A stretch of 64,000 nt of DNA. Origin: an uncultured Bradymonadales bacterium (GTDB lineage: Bacteria; Myxococcota_A; Bradymonadia; JAFGEP01). The notes below the pieces were generated by a model, which saw nothing but the letters and a program-made list of their open reading frames with translations, was not told the DNA's origin and ran no database searches. The stretch spans positions 2,888-66,887 of the forward strand of contig CAZDBH010000001.1 in assembly GCA_964503485.1 (NCBI GenBank). The letters are read 5' to 3'. A program made the position numbers and the translations under genes. Positions 20,458 through 30,291 of the stretch are shown piece by piece (position 1 is the first letter of the stretch; every line of letters starts with the position of its first letter).

Positions 20458-21866
20458 CGATGGACGGTCGCTCACTACCTCAACTCACCACCGAGATTCC
20501 TGGGCCGCTATCGCGCAAGTGGGTCGATTCGCTCTCGCGTACCGAGTGTCCAGCAATTACGGCGCGCCGCTCTCGACGATCAGAGGCGGGTGGTGTCGAC
20601 CAAGACCCGATTGTCTGGGAGGCAGGCAGTGGCGCAAACATTCGCGACGTCGACGGGAACGTCTATGTAGATATTACGTCATCGTTCGCTGTGGCGGGCA
20701 TAGGACACAGTCACCCTGTCGTCGCCGAAGCGGCCGCAGAGCAAGCGCGCACGCTTCCTCACGCAATGGGCGACGTCTATCCAGCCCGCGTGAAGATTGC
20801 TCTCGCCGAACGCCTTGCCCAAATCGCTCCGGGCGATCTCGAGGTATCGATATTCGGTATGTCGGGCGCGGAGTCGGTTGAGGCAGCCATCAAATCGGCG
20901 GTGATTTGCACAGGAAAGAGCACGATTGTCTCGTTCCAGGGCAGTTATCACGGACTCAGTCTCGGAGCGTTGGCCGTCACCGGCTACAGACGAGAATTCA
21001 AAGCACCATTCAAGGGGCAAATCGCCCAATTCGGTCGGCAGTTTCCGTTTCCGAACTGCTACCGGTGCCCGATCGGTCAGCAATATCCGGAATGCAACAC
21101 GGCCTGCCTCAACCCTCTTGTCGACGCCCTAGATAGCCCTGCAAGCGGTCTAGATGACGTGGCTGCGGTGCTTGTCGAGCCGATCCAAGGTAGAGGGGGA
21201 ATGGTCGTTCCCCCCGACGAATGGCTCGTCAAACTAGCGGAAGTGTGCAAAGCGCGCGGCATTCTGCTCATTTTCGACGAAATTTTCACGGGATTCGGAA
21301 GAACGGGCCGATGGTTCGCGGCTGACCACAGTGGAGTCGTGCCCGATCTAATGTGCCTTGGTAAGGCCCTTGGCGGTGGGTTTCCAATCAGTGCCGCGAT
21401 CGGAACCCGTGAGGTAATGGGCCACTGGGGACTATCAAAGGGGGAAGCCCTCCACACCAGCACCTTTTTGGGCAATCCCCTGGGTTGTGCGATGGCGCAG
21501 GCCGCCATCGGAGTGCTCACGGACGAACAACTGATCGAGCGCTCGGCCTCTTTGGAAACCACCATCCGCGGAGCCCTGAATCGATTGGCGGGCAAGCATG
21601 ATTCAATCGGGGATGTCCGGGGTCGGGGGACCATGTTTGGTGTGGAGTTCGTCTCTTCGCGCGAAGAAAAGACGCCCGATTCAACCACGGTCATGCGGCT
21701 GACACGGAGGCTTCTCGAACGTGGATTCTTGGTGCTCCCGGCGGGTGTTCATGGCAACATCCTAGGAATTACACCGCCCTTTGTCATAACCAACGAGCAA
21801 TTGAACGGGTTCTTCGAAGCCCTCGACGACGAGCTCCAACAGGTAGGAACGGGGCGACTCCGATGA
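20454..21866 (+). CDS. Class-III pyridoxal-phosphate aminotransferase
   Basis: LLIFDEIFTGFGRTGRWFA...CLGKALGGGFPISA PLP-lysine region. ATGA overlap with folB. Confidence 0.85.
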   Translation: MTMDGRSLPQLTTEIPGPLSRKWVDSLSRTECPAITARRSRRSEAGGVDQDPIVWEAGSGANIRDVDGNVYVDITSSFAVAGIGHSHPVVAEAAAEQARTLPHAMGDVYPARVKIALAERLAQIAPGDLEVSIFGMSGAESVEAAIKSAVICTGKSTIVSFQGSYHGLSLGALAVTGYRREFKAPFKGQIAQFGRQFPFPNCYRCPIGQQYPECNTACLNPLVDALDSPASGLDDVAAVLVEPIQGRGGMVVPPDEWLVKLAEVCKARGILLIFDEIFTGFGRTGRWFAADHSGVVPDLMCLGKALGGGFPISAAIGTREVMGHWGLSKGEALHTSTFLGNPLGCAMAQAAIGVLTDEQLIERSASLETTIRGALNRLAGKHDSIGDVRGRGTMFGVEFVSSREEKTPDSTTVMRLTRRLLERGFLVLPAGVHGNILGITPPFVITNEQLNGFFEALDDELQQVGTGRLR

Positions 21867-23026
21867 TTGGACTGTCACACCACGGCAGTCAGCTTCTCTC
21901 TCTGATGTTCCTGATTACTGTCTTCTCGGCTTGCGAGAGCCGAAGCGGGGCGCAGCCCGCGAATCCTCCACAGGCGCCACCCGAGAACCAGCCCGAGCCA
22001 CAATCGGAAACTGTGATCGCCGACCCGGTATGCAGTCCCGAGCTGAGGCGGTCGCAACACCGGGGGGTGTGCTATGCCCACAATTGGCAGCATGGCGGTC
22101 GTCGGGGTTATGGATCCGAAACCTCAGTCGCGTCGCTGCGAGAACTTCGTGAGATTGGAATCGATTGGGTGAGTATCACGCCGTTTGGTTGGCAACGCAG
22201 TCTAAGTTCTACCGAAATCTCAACCGTCACTTCGGTGGCGAGTGAGAACACCGATCGACTGAGGGCAACGGTAGCGCAAGCCCACGAATTGGGGATTCGG
22301 GTCATGATGAAGCCCCATCTTTGGTTGAGCTACTCAGAGTGGCGGGGCCACATCGATCCTGGCTCCCCAGAGGGGTGGGAGGATTGGTTTGCGAGCTACC
22401 AGTCGTTCATCCTCGGATACGCTCGCCTGTCACAGGAAATCGGCGCAGATATGTTCGTCGTCGGCGTCGAATTCAAGAGTTCGACAGCGACTCACCCCGA
22501 ACACTGGAGGCGTGTGATCGCCGCCGTTCGCGAGGTGTACGACGGGCCTGTGGTTTATGCGGCAAACTGGGATGAGGCTGAACTCATCACGTTTTGGGAC
22601 GCGTTGGACTTCATCGGGGTCCAGATGTTTGCCCCATTGTCTACAGAAGTCAGCCCCGCTCGTGACGAGTTGACCGAGTCGGCACGGGCCTACCTCGAGC
22701 GTTATAGAGCCATCTCGGAGCGATACGACAGGCCAGTAATTCTCACCGAAGTAGGCTACAAGTCGATCTCGGGAACGGCAATCTCTCCCTACGTTTGGCC
22801 CGAACACCTGGAACGTGACGCAACCGAACCGAACGAACAGGCGCAAGTCGACGCCTATTGCGCCATTTTGGAAACCTTTGGTGAGGCGGACTTCGTCAGC
22901 GGAATCTACTGGTGGAAGTGGTTCACCGATCCCGAGACAGATGAAGAGGACGAGACTGGTTTTAGTCCGCGCGGCAAGCTGGCAGAAGGTCTTCTAAGGT
23001 CATCCTATAGGGACTTTGTTCATTGA
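21863..23026 (+). CDS. Secreted TIM-barrel glycoside hydrolase-like lipoprotein
   Basis: Lipobox LITVFSAC. The motifs MKPHLWL, NWDE, ILTEVGY (candidate catalytic Glu) and GIYWWKW indicate a GH clan-A-like fold. ATGA overlap with the aminotransferase. Confidence 0.5.
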   Translation: MIGLSHHGSQLLSLMFLITVFSACESRSGAQPANPPQAPPENQPEPQSETVIADPVCSPELRRSQHRGVCYAHNWQHGGRRGYGSETSVASLRELREIGIDWVSITPFGWQRSLSSTEISTVTSVASENTDRLRATVAQAHELGIRVMMKPHLWLSYSEWRGHIDPGSPEGWEDWFASYQSFILGYARLSQEIGADMFVVGVEFKSSTATHPEHWRRVIAAVREVYDGPVVYAANWDEAELITFWDALDFIGVQMFAPLSTEVSPARDELTESARAYLERYRAISERYDRPVILTEVGYKSISGTAISPYVWPEHLERDATEPNEQAQVDAYCAILETFGEADFVSGIYWWKWFTDPETDEEDETGFSPRGKLAEGLLRSSYRDFVH

Positions 23027-23036
23027 ATCCAGCCGC

Positions 23037-23942
23037 TCACCGCCCGAGTTGAGTACCTGATCTCGTGCGGTTCGTTCGAGCGGTCCTACCTGAGACGGTC
23101 TCCCAACCGACCAGGCCGATCTTGCCCACTAGAATGAGCGCGACAAGCCAGGAGAGCAGGCTCGTGAGGAAATACCAGAGTGGTTTTCCACGTTTCACAA
23201 TCTCAAACTCGTCCACAAAGATGACCTCGCACGCTCCGCCTTCGCTATCGTCACGGCGGGTGCTCGTGGTTCGCCAGGAACCGGGATAAGAGGCCATCTG
23301 GTAGTTCACCAAGCTGCCGCGCACGCGCACCTGATCTCCGACCCGAACAGTCTCGATCAGGTCCCGAATGGCCTGGTTGTTTGTGACGAGGTGATTATTC
23401 GCGATCGCCCGTCCAGAAAATCGAATCCGAGACTGATACTGCCAGTAGCATGTGAACGACCCACTCCAGAACTCGACCTCTAGGTAGTCTTTCGATCGAA
23501 GGTTATCTCCCCAGATCACGCACAGGTCCTTGGTATCGACCGACGAACTGTCGTGATAGATGTCACCGAAACCATCTATGTCGTTGTGGCTGACGACCAG
23601 TCCCCACAATTCGTAGTCAGCTACAGGCTCGACGTCATACACAGTGTTTTCGTACTCGAACGAAAAAGGTACGCGCTCGGTCTCCACTTGAAGAGGCTCG
23701 TTGAGCATCGACTCTTGAAGCGTGCTCGGTTCCGGAAGCCCAGAGCGCATGAAGCGTGCGAAGACAGACGAACCGAATACGACCACGAGCAGTATTGTGA
23801 GGACCTTCTGAGTGCGGCGCAGCGAGGGGCGGCTGGGCTCAAATTGGGGCATCGGAGCGCTGGGACGCACGGGTTCGTTACCGTAGCTCGGTGGAAGATG
23901 GGCGGGAGGCGCAGAAAACTGATCCGGTCGAGGATCTTTCAC
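23037..23942 (-). CDS. Hypothetical membrane protein with Pro-rich N-terminus
   Basis: The Pro-rich cytoplasmic N-terminus is followed by a TM segment, an approximately 200-aa domain and a C-terminal TM. No family was recognised. Confidence 0.4.
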   Translation of the reverse strand: MKDPRPDQFSAPPAHLPPSYGNEPVRPSAPMPQFEPSRPSLRRTQKVLTILLVVVFGSSVFARFMRSGLPEPSTLQESMLNEPLQVETERVPFSFEYENTVYDVEPVADYELWGLVVSHNDIDGFGDIYHDSSSVDTKDLCVIWGDNLRSKDYLEVEFWSGSFTCYWQYQSRIRFSGRAIANNHLVTNNQAIRDLIETVRVGDQVRVRGSLVNYQMASYPGSWRTTSTRRDDSEGGACEVIFVDEFEIVKRGKPLWYFLTSLLSWLVALILVGKIGLVGWETVSGRTARTNRTRSGTQLGR

Positions 23943-24013
23943 GGGCCGATTTTACGTTTCCATTCGCGAAATGTCATGACCAATAGATTGATGATGCTTC
24001 CGCTCGAAATGGA

Positions 24014-24292
24014 GTGATAAAAATGTTCAGGAAATCAATTATGAGCTTACTTGTCGCCGCCGCACTGATGATGACGTTAATGTCAGGATGCGTGGTTCAC
24101 ACTCGCGCTCGGGTCGTCGATCCGGCACCGTCCCCCGTGGTAGTTACTCAACGGACAGCCCCTTGGCGGGTTCATCACCAGGGTCGATATCTGTACTATC
24201 GCAGCAACGGCTACTACCACTGGCGCGGTGGCCGCTGGGTGCGCGCAAACAGCGTCCCAACACATGTTGTGCACTTTCACGTGGCGGGCTGA
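24014..24292 (+). CDS. Small lipoprotein, His/Arg/Tyr-rich
   Basis: Signal and lipobox LMSGC are followed by a basic aromatic mature peptide (HHQGRYLYYRSNGYYHWRGGRWVR). Confidence 0.35.
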   Translation: MIKMFRKSIMSLLVAAALMMTLMSGCVVHTRARVVDPAPSPVVVTQRTAPWRVHHQGRYLYYRSNGYYHWRGGRWVRANSVPTHVVHFHVAG

Positions 24293-24296
24293 TCGG

Positions 24297-27200
24297 CTAT
24301 CTCGAGCGCTTCTTGCGGTGTCTCTTCTTCAGAACGGCGAATTTCGGCGGATGAGTCGTAGGTGACGGTGCTTCGTCGCTGGGTTCGACGAATTTTTCGG
24401 TGAGTTTGTCCGCGGAACTCTTCTGGCGGGCGTCTGTCGAAAGGCTGGAGTCAAAAGCCCAAACCTCTTCCGCCGCTGCATCCATCACTGGTACCTTTAA
24501 CGCTTCGCCAACCACTGGCGCCGTTTCCAAACCCGTTCCAGTGGCCAACGGACCTGCAGTTAGAGCGTTGGTTGCTGCCTCACCAAGCTGTTCGGTTGAC
24601 GGAGGCTCTAGTTCGAATGGCGCCACGAGTCTGTCCGCGGTGCCTTTGGCCATTACCTCCGTACTCAGTTCAAAGACCTCTTCTACGACTGCTTCGACCG
24701 ACGTCGGTGTTGGGTGAGGCGCTGGTCCGCTTGAACTCCCCGCAAGAGTTGGCGTCTCGAGGTTGGGAAGCGGCGGTAGTGTCAGATCAAATGCCAACCC
24801 GGTTGGCGTTAAGTCGCCATCTTGTCGACCACCCGCGAACGAATTGGCCGGATGTTGTGGAGGCGGAGGGGGCTCCTTGGATCGAGGCGGTGGCTCTTTG
24901 GGTGGTGGAGGTGGACCCGGAGCCTCTTGCCTCTTGGTTACCTGTTCGTGAATTCCCTTGGAAAACGGGTTGTTTCCAACAATATCACTCGAGTTCGGTG
25001 ATACAAACGCTTCAAGCAAGGTGTTGGCAGTTGATTGGTCGACGGTCAGCGTGACTTCATCCGCCCTGATTTCTCGGTCTGCAGGCTTCTCGACAGGTGC
25101 GGCCGGCATAAACTTGTCGAGCAGTTTGTCCGCTTCCTGCCGCCCTACCGTCCTCGTATTCTCTTCCTCGGTCGGATCGAACTCCGTGGCGTCAACTATC
25201 GGCGCTGCGGGTTGATTGGGTGGCTTGGTCTCATTCAGAGCGTCTGGCATGAAAGCGCTGAGAAGCTTGTCCGCCTCTCCCTTTGTGACTGTTCGCGTAT
25301 TGAGCTCTTCGTCGGCTCGAGCGGTCTCAGCGACGGTAGCAACCTCGGGTATTGGCTCCGGCGTAACGACCGGAAGCGACGTTGAGGACTCTTCGGGGAG
25401 AAACTGGTCTAGCAACGACCGAACTTTTGCTTTACCGACCGCTTTGGTTACTGGTTCTTCGTCTTCTTCGGCGAGCTTTCTCTTTTGTTCCACCGGCCGA
25501 TGTTCGTCGGTCGGCCTCTCTTCTCCGTCTTCTTCTTCGTCGTGCGTTTTCTCTGTATTCACCGGCCGATGTTCGCCGGTCGGCCCTTCTTCAGTTTCCT
25601 CATCCCGCAACGCGAGGGCCGCGGCTATGCGGTTTGCGGCTCGGTGCTCGCCAGTTGGCTTTTCGTCATCCCACGATGGGTGTTGGGTCGGGCCACCTGT
25701 CGTAGATTGTTCAGCGGAGGCGTTCTCTTCGGCCGCTGAGCCACCGAGCTGCAGTTTGGAGACCGCTGGTGGCCCAGCGGCAGGGGTTTCAAAGGCTTGC
25801 CGAGGCTGCGTATCGACAATTTCGATTGGGATATCGATTGTTTCGTCCGGCACGGCGGCATCAGGATCACTGATGCTCTCGATAACTGGAGGCGCGGACA
25901 TCGCCTCCCGAGGTTTTCCGAGACCGTCGAGTATCTCCCACTGCTTCCTGCTCAGCAGGACGTGGGCCTCGGCGGGAACCACTCCCTTAATCAAACCGTA
26001 GGTTTCTCGATTCGCGGGGTCGCTCAAGTCGACAATCCGGACATCCGTAGGATGGGTGCTGGGATCGAGTACCAGGAGAATGCTGGGTGCAAGTGGTTTG
26101 CCCAGCTCAACCTTCCCACCACCGGAAACGATGCCAAGCCAACCCTCTGTTGTTTCGACGGGAGTGCCGACTGGCAGATAGCCGAGGACCCTGGTGAGCA
26201 GTTTGAGGATCAGAGCTTCTCGGGGGGAGCGAACGTGCCGGACTAGCGCACCAAGCGCGAGTTCAGGTGCCCGTTGTGATTGTTTCCGGACGTCAAAACG
26301 AAGGGAGTTGATGTAGCGCCACACGACGGAAACGAGAAGCGAAAGGTCGCCAAGATCAGAACCATCTGGGAAGGCCGAGTTGACCTCAGGTGAGTACTGG
26401 GCAACTAACGATTCAAAGGACAGCACGAGTCGAGGAAGTGATTTTTCATGAAGTCGACCGAGAGCGGTGAGGACAACAGCGGAGGAAGCCGCCATTCGCA
26501 GTCGCTCTTCGTTGCTCAACCGAGGAATCGCCCGGATTTTACCGAGCTCACTCTCGGTCATACCGGCCACTCGCGGTCGGCCACAATCAGCCAACATGGC
26601 GCCCATGGCAGCAAGCGATAGGGTCTCTCGATCGTCAGTGACGGTGCGGGCAGCAGCGATGCTGAGAATAGCAGCGTTCACGGCACAGCCGGCATCATCG
26701 AACGATAGGTTTCGCATCGAGCCGACCCCGAGTGCGAGCCGGTTCTCGTCATCTGCCAGCTCAATCAGACCCTGCGAGATCCTCTTGAGCTGCTGAATCA
26801 TGACGTACTTGCCGTCTTTCAGATTCTCGTAGAGACGGCGAACGACGACGATTGCGGACGCATACTGATAGGCTAGCCGCTCTTGCTTGGTCCGCTTCCT
26901 ACGCGAACCCGCGATGTCTAGATCGACCCGTCGGAACCGAATAGAGGTACCGATATCGAGCTCGTCAGGACTTTTCCCACTGCCACTGGGGTTAGCGACT
27001 AGTGCAGCAAAGTCGGCGATGTCCTCGGGCCCGGTGCTGTCCTCAAAGACGATCTCGTTGACACCCAGTTTCTCGAGGCTCTCGCGAACCTCGGTTCCCA
27101 TTGCATAGACGGACTGAGGCGCCTTGAGATACTGGGTGCCGATCAGGATGCTCTGATGGAAGAAGAGGATTCTGGCTGACTGGTCTTCGATTTGATTGAC

Positions 27201-27347
27201 GGCCCGAATCGTCTCGCACAGCTGAGAGGAAGCCTTAGCGAAGGCTTCGTTTTCGGTATCGTGATAGGCGGCCAGACGAGAAACGCGGTACACCTGCTGA
27301 AGCAGCTTTGTGCCGAGGTCCCGTATTTGTCTGACCGATTCGCTCAT
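24297..27347 (-). CDS. Large (1016 aa) protein: N-terminal approximately 480-aa globular domain, central Glu/Pro/Thr-rich repeat region, poly-Pro segment, basic C-terminus
   Basis: The long ORF's start ATG shares one nucleotide with the upstream kinase stop. Internal repeats include NTRTV(T/G)(K/R)(G/Q)EADKLL..FMP and TGEHRxxN/PTDEHRPV. The segment PGPPPPPKEPPPRSKEPPPPP is poly-Pro, and the C-terminus ends KKRHRKKRSR. Confidence 0.6.
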   Translation of the reverse strand: MSESVRQIRDLGTKLLQQVYRVSRLAAYHDTENEAFAKASSQLCETIRAVNQIEDQSARILFFHQSILIGTQYLKAPQSVYAMGTEVRESLEKLGVNEIVFEDSTGPEDIADFAALVANPSGSGKSPDELDIGTSIRFRRVDLDIAGSRRKRTKQERLAYQYASAIVVVRRLYENLKDGKYVMIQQLKRISQGLIELADDENRLALGVGSMRNLSFDDAGCAVNAAILSIAAARTVTDDRETLSLAAMGAMLADCGRPRVAGMTESELGKIRAIPRLSNEERLRMAASSAVVLTALGRLHEKSLPRLVLSFESLVAQYSPEVNSAFPDGSDLGDLSLLVSVVWRYINSLRFDVRKQSQRAPELALGALVRHVRSPREALILKLLTRVLGYLPVGTPVETTEGWLGIVSGGGKVELGKPLAPSILLVLDPSTHPTDVRIVDLSDPANRETYGLIKGVVPAEAHVLLSRKQWEILDGLGKPREAMSAPPVIESISDPDAAVPDETIDIPIEIVDTQPRQAFETPAAGPPAVSKLQLGGSAAEENASAEQSTTGGPTQHPSWDDEKPTGEHRAANRIAAALALRDEETEEGPTGEHRPVNTEKTHDEEEDGEERPTDEHRPVEQKRKLAEEDEEPVTKAVGKAKVRSLLDQFLPEESSTSLPVVTPEPIPEVATVAETARADEELNTRTVTKGEADKLLSAFMPDALNETKPPNQPAAPIVDATEFDPTEEENTRTVGRQEADKLLDKFMPAAPVEKPADREIRADEVTLTVDQSTANTLLEAFVSPNSSDIVGNNPFSKGIHEQVTKRQEAPGPPPPPKEPPPRSKEPPPPPQHPANSFAGGRQDGDLTPTGLAFDLTLPPLPNLETPTLAGSSSGPAPHPTPTSVEAVVEEVFELSTEVMAKGTADRLVAPFELEPPSTEQLGEAATNALTAGPLATGTGLETAPVVGEALKVPVMDAAAEEVWAFDSSLSTDARQKSSADKLTEKFVEPSDEAPSPTTHPPKFAVLKKRHRKKRSR
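25491..25591. repeat. Direct 69-bp tandem duplication inside the large ORF
   Basis: caccggccgatgttcgtcggtcggcc recurs 69 bp downstream as caccggccgatgttcgccggtcggcc. It encodes the repeated EHRPV units. Confidence 0.6.
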
Positions 27348-30076
27348 CAGTGCACCAACCGCTGTTCGATTTCTGCGGTGACCTGTTGCGCAAGATCACG
27401 AAGTTCCTTTGATGTTCCCCAACGAGACTTGGCTGCTTGGCGGGTAGCGGCAAGCGCTTTTTCGCTGCAACCGACTGCGCCTAGGACCCTCAAACCGACG
27501 AATCGAGTGGCGTCTTTGCTCTTGTTTGACACAATACCCTGCCGTTTTATCAGCTCGAGTATCAGTTCCTCCGCTACGTTGGGGTTGATGGCGAAGAAGG
27601 CAAGGAGCGTCTGCTCCCGTTCATCTTCGGGTAGGGAATGAAACTCCGGATCTGCTATTCGGGGTCTCAGATAGCCGTCCATAGCCCGCACACATCGACC
27701 GCTCACGATTTTCAACAAGGAGATCCGAGCTGGTGAGCTGGGGCTCTCCATGAGGTGAATCATATCGGCGGCCGACTTGGGGTCGTCCAAATCGAGCCGC
27801 GCCTCGAGGGCTTGGTTTCGCACGCCAAGATATGGGCTCCGAGTTGCTTGTCGAAGGGTCGGAAGCGCCTGTTCGGGCGGTTGTTCCACGACGATTTCAA
27901 TAACTCGTCGAGCAAGTTCGGGTTTCGCCGTTCTGGCCAGATGCTGCAGCTGAGGTTCACACTGTTTGAAATGGCCTCCCAGATAAGCGATCAGAAGTGG
28001 GAGTAAATCGGGTGCATCGACCAGCGGAAGCGATTCGATAACCGTGGGTATAGCGCCAGCTCCCAAATCGTTGAACAGACGCACGATGCCGTCCAAAGAG
28101 CGCTGCTCTCCCTCTTCAGGCACTCGCCCGAGTCCGACCAGCAGTCCCTTGAGTGGTTCCCCGAACAGCATCTTGGTCGCGAGCGAGAACCGCTGCCTGT
28201 CGTCCAGATGATCAGTGAGGCCCTCATAGAGTTGGGACACGCCCTCGAATCGTCCCAGATGAATCCATCTCGAGATCATGTCCATCAAGGGCTCTTCGAC
28301 ATTGTTGACGTCACCGACGACACCGGCCTCCTTGAAGGCCTGCCCTACGACCGCGGGTAGTCGGGCCATCCATACGGCTGGTTTCTGAGCGAGTCCTTCG
28401 CTGAGTTCGGCTGTGGCTTCGGGGCTGAGGTCCCAAACCATGTCGACAACCTTCTGGTAGTTCTCCAGTCGGACCTGTCCGTCGACGCTGAGGCTCATAC
28501 CCTCTGCCTCGGAGTGCAGAACTCGCTCTCGGAGGCCATCGGAGGCCCCGTCTTTTTCGAGTGAAGACAGGATCTCGTCCTCGACCTGCTCCATCGCGGC
28601 CGACAGGGTGTTAAATCCCTCCAGCATGGCAATGTTCTCTAAAGGGCTCACAAGTTCGACCACGATATTCTCGAGGTTCTGTTCGAGAAAGATGGTCGAC
28701 AGATCGTCCTCGAGCTCTAGTTCGTCGGTTGGATCCAACAGAACCAATCGCAGTAGCTCGAGAACTTCGCCCTCGCTGACGCCTGAAAGAAAGGTGATCG
28801 TTCTGAATCCGCTGACAAAAAGGTTGTATGGGACATCATCAAAAGGAACTTCTGGTTCCCAAACCGGGGCTTCGATGGTATGCGGTGATATCCAGAGCTT
28901 GAGTAGCCCCTCGTTTTTAGCAAGTTCGTGGGTCAGCTGATCGAATAACTCTCTGTGCAGCCGGCTGGTTTCTTTGTGGCCCCAGCCGTAAGTACGCACG
29001 GTTCTGAGGACTCGCTCGATTGACTGAAAGAGGGCGATAGTACGCTCAATGGCGGGATCGGTGCCGCGATCTTTCTTGTTCTGAGTCAGGAAGTCAGTTT
29101 GGAGTTTTCTGCGCTGCGCTTCTTCCTTGAGTTCGTCCTCGCGCGCAAGCAGATCATCAACAGCGGCCGTCATTTCTTCAGCGCTGCCAAAACGATCTCG
29201 TCGCTCCCAAGCGAGCGCCTTGTTGACCCATTGAACGACTTCTATCGGCGTCTCAGGGGCAACCACCGCAAGAGAGCGAGCCGGAGTAGTCGCGGCGATG
29301 ATGAAGCTCTCGTCAGCGGTTTGACCGTCGTTGACTCGTTCGCCGGAAATCAACGCGAAGACCGTCGCCCCGATAGAAAACAAATCGGAGCGCTCATCGA
29401 GGTCAGCGACTCCCATTGCCTGTTCTGGAGCCATATAAGCAGGCGTACCAAGAATCGCGCCCTTTACCGCTACGTTGTCTGGCGCCCAACTAACTCGGCT
29501 CACGCCGAAGTCGAACAGCTTTGCTTGGCCCGTATTCGTGAGGAACAAGTTGGAGGGTTTCAGGTCGCGGTGAATCACTCCCTCTCGATGGCACGCTGCC
29601 AGAGGGCCGAGTATGTCGCGGATGATTCGCAGAGCAACTAGGAAGGGGAGTTTCTTATTGTGTTCCTTCCAATAATCTTCGACCGTCTGCCCTTCGAGCA
29701 ATTCCATGACCAAGAACGGTTCACCTCGGTGGGACACCCCCTGGTCGAGAATCTGTAGACAGTTCTCATGATTCACACGGCGTGAGATTTCGCGTTCCAG
29801 GGGAAACCGGTCACGCAAAATGTCCTGATGGTTCACATCCAAACGCATCAGTTTGATGGCTACGGGGCCGTCAGGACCGCTGGCCTCGAAGATCCCAGCC
29901 ATACCGCCGACGTCGATCAACCGCTTTAGGACGAGCCCGCCGGGCAGCGTTTCGCCCGCCCGCTGTTCGAATACAACTCTAGCTTTGTTCCGGGGTGCTC
30001 TTGGACTGTCACCCGACTGCTGATCAGCGCGATCCGCTCCGAGAGCCGTCGGGCTCGAGGTGACGAGGTCAGTCAT
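27347..30076 (-). CDS. Hanks-type Ser/Thr protein kinase with approximately 600-aa C-terminal helical-repeat domain
   Basis: GGMAGIFEA..VAIKLMR, HRDLKPSNLFL, DFGVSRV and GTPAYMAPEQ motifs. The long alpha-helical C-terminal region has no recognisable motif. Confidence 0.85.
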   Translation of the reverse strand: MTDLVTSSPTALGADRADQQSGDSPRAPRNKARVVFEQRAGETLPGGLVLKRLIDVGGMAGIFEASGPDGPVAIKLMRLDVNHQDILRDRFPLEREISRRVNHENCLQILDQGVSHRGEPFLVMELLEGQTVEDYWKEHNKKLPFLVALRIIRDILGPLAACHREGVIHRDLKPSNLFLTNTGQAKLFDFGVSRVSWAPDNVAVKGAILGTPAYMAPEQAMGVADLDERSDLFSIGATVFALISGERVNDGQTADESFIIAATTPARSLAVVAPETPIEVVQWVNKALAWERRDRFGSAEEMTAAVDDLLAREDELKEEAQRRKLQTDFLTQNKKDRGTDPAIERTIALFQSIERVLRTVRTYGWGHKETSRLHRELFDQLTHELAKNEGLLKLWISPHTIEAPVWEPEVPFDDVPYNLFVSGFRTITFLSGVSEGEVLELLRLVLLDPTDELELEDDLSTIFLEQNLENIVVELVSPLENIAMLEGFNTLSAAMEQVEDEILSSLEKDGASDGLRERVLHSEAEGMSLSVDGQVRLENYQKVVDMVWDLSPEATAELSEGLAQKPAVWMARLPAVVGQAFKEAGVVGDVNNVEEPLMDMISRWIHLGRFEGVSQLYEGLTDHLDDRQRFSLATKMLFGEPLKGLLVGLGRVPEEGEQRSLDGIVRLFNDLGAGAIPTVIESLPLVDAPDLLPLLIAYLGGHFKQCEPQLQHLARTAKPELARRVIEIVVEQPPEQALPTLRQATRSPYLGVRNQALEARLDLDDPKSAADMIHLMESPSSPARISLLKIVSGRCVRAMDGYLRPRIADPEFHSLPEDEREQTLLAFFAINPNVAEELILELIKRQGIVSNKSKDATRFVGLRVLGAVGCSEKALAATRQAAKSRWGTSKELRDLAQQVTAEIEQRLVH

Positions 30077-30272
30077 TGATTCTCAGATTGTCATGCGCCG
30101 CAACCGACTCCCTAACGGCTGTGGATGACGTGGACACAAGAGGTAGTCTAACAAAATGATCACGACACCAACAGATCAAAAGAATCCCAGCCCCACACGG
30201 TCCTGCCTGCAGCTATCGCAGAGGGTTCGCAGTTTGCGGGTCTTGCGTCTTACTTGAGTCGTCAGCGATCTG

Positions 30273-30288
30273 TTTCACGTGAAACAGA
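30273..30288. promoter_or_regulatory. Perfect 16-bp palindrome TGTTTCACGTGAAACA
   Basis: Seen directly; it lies 4 bp past the MepA-like stop and about 200 bp upstream of the kinase start codon. Confidence 0.3.
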
Positions 30289-30291
30289 GGC

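Noticed and set aside
25900-26500. Possible Walker-A-like GSGKS in the 1016-aa protein
   Set aside because: The spacing does not fit G-x4-GK[ST] and no Walker B is evident, so it is not an NTPase call.
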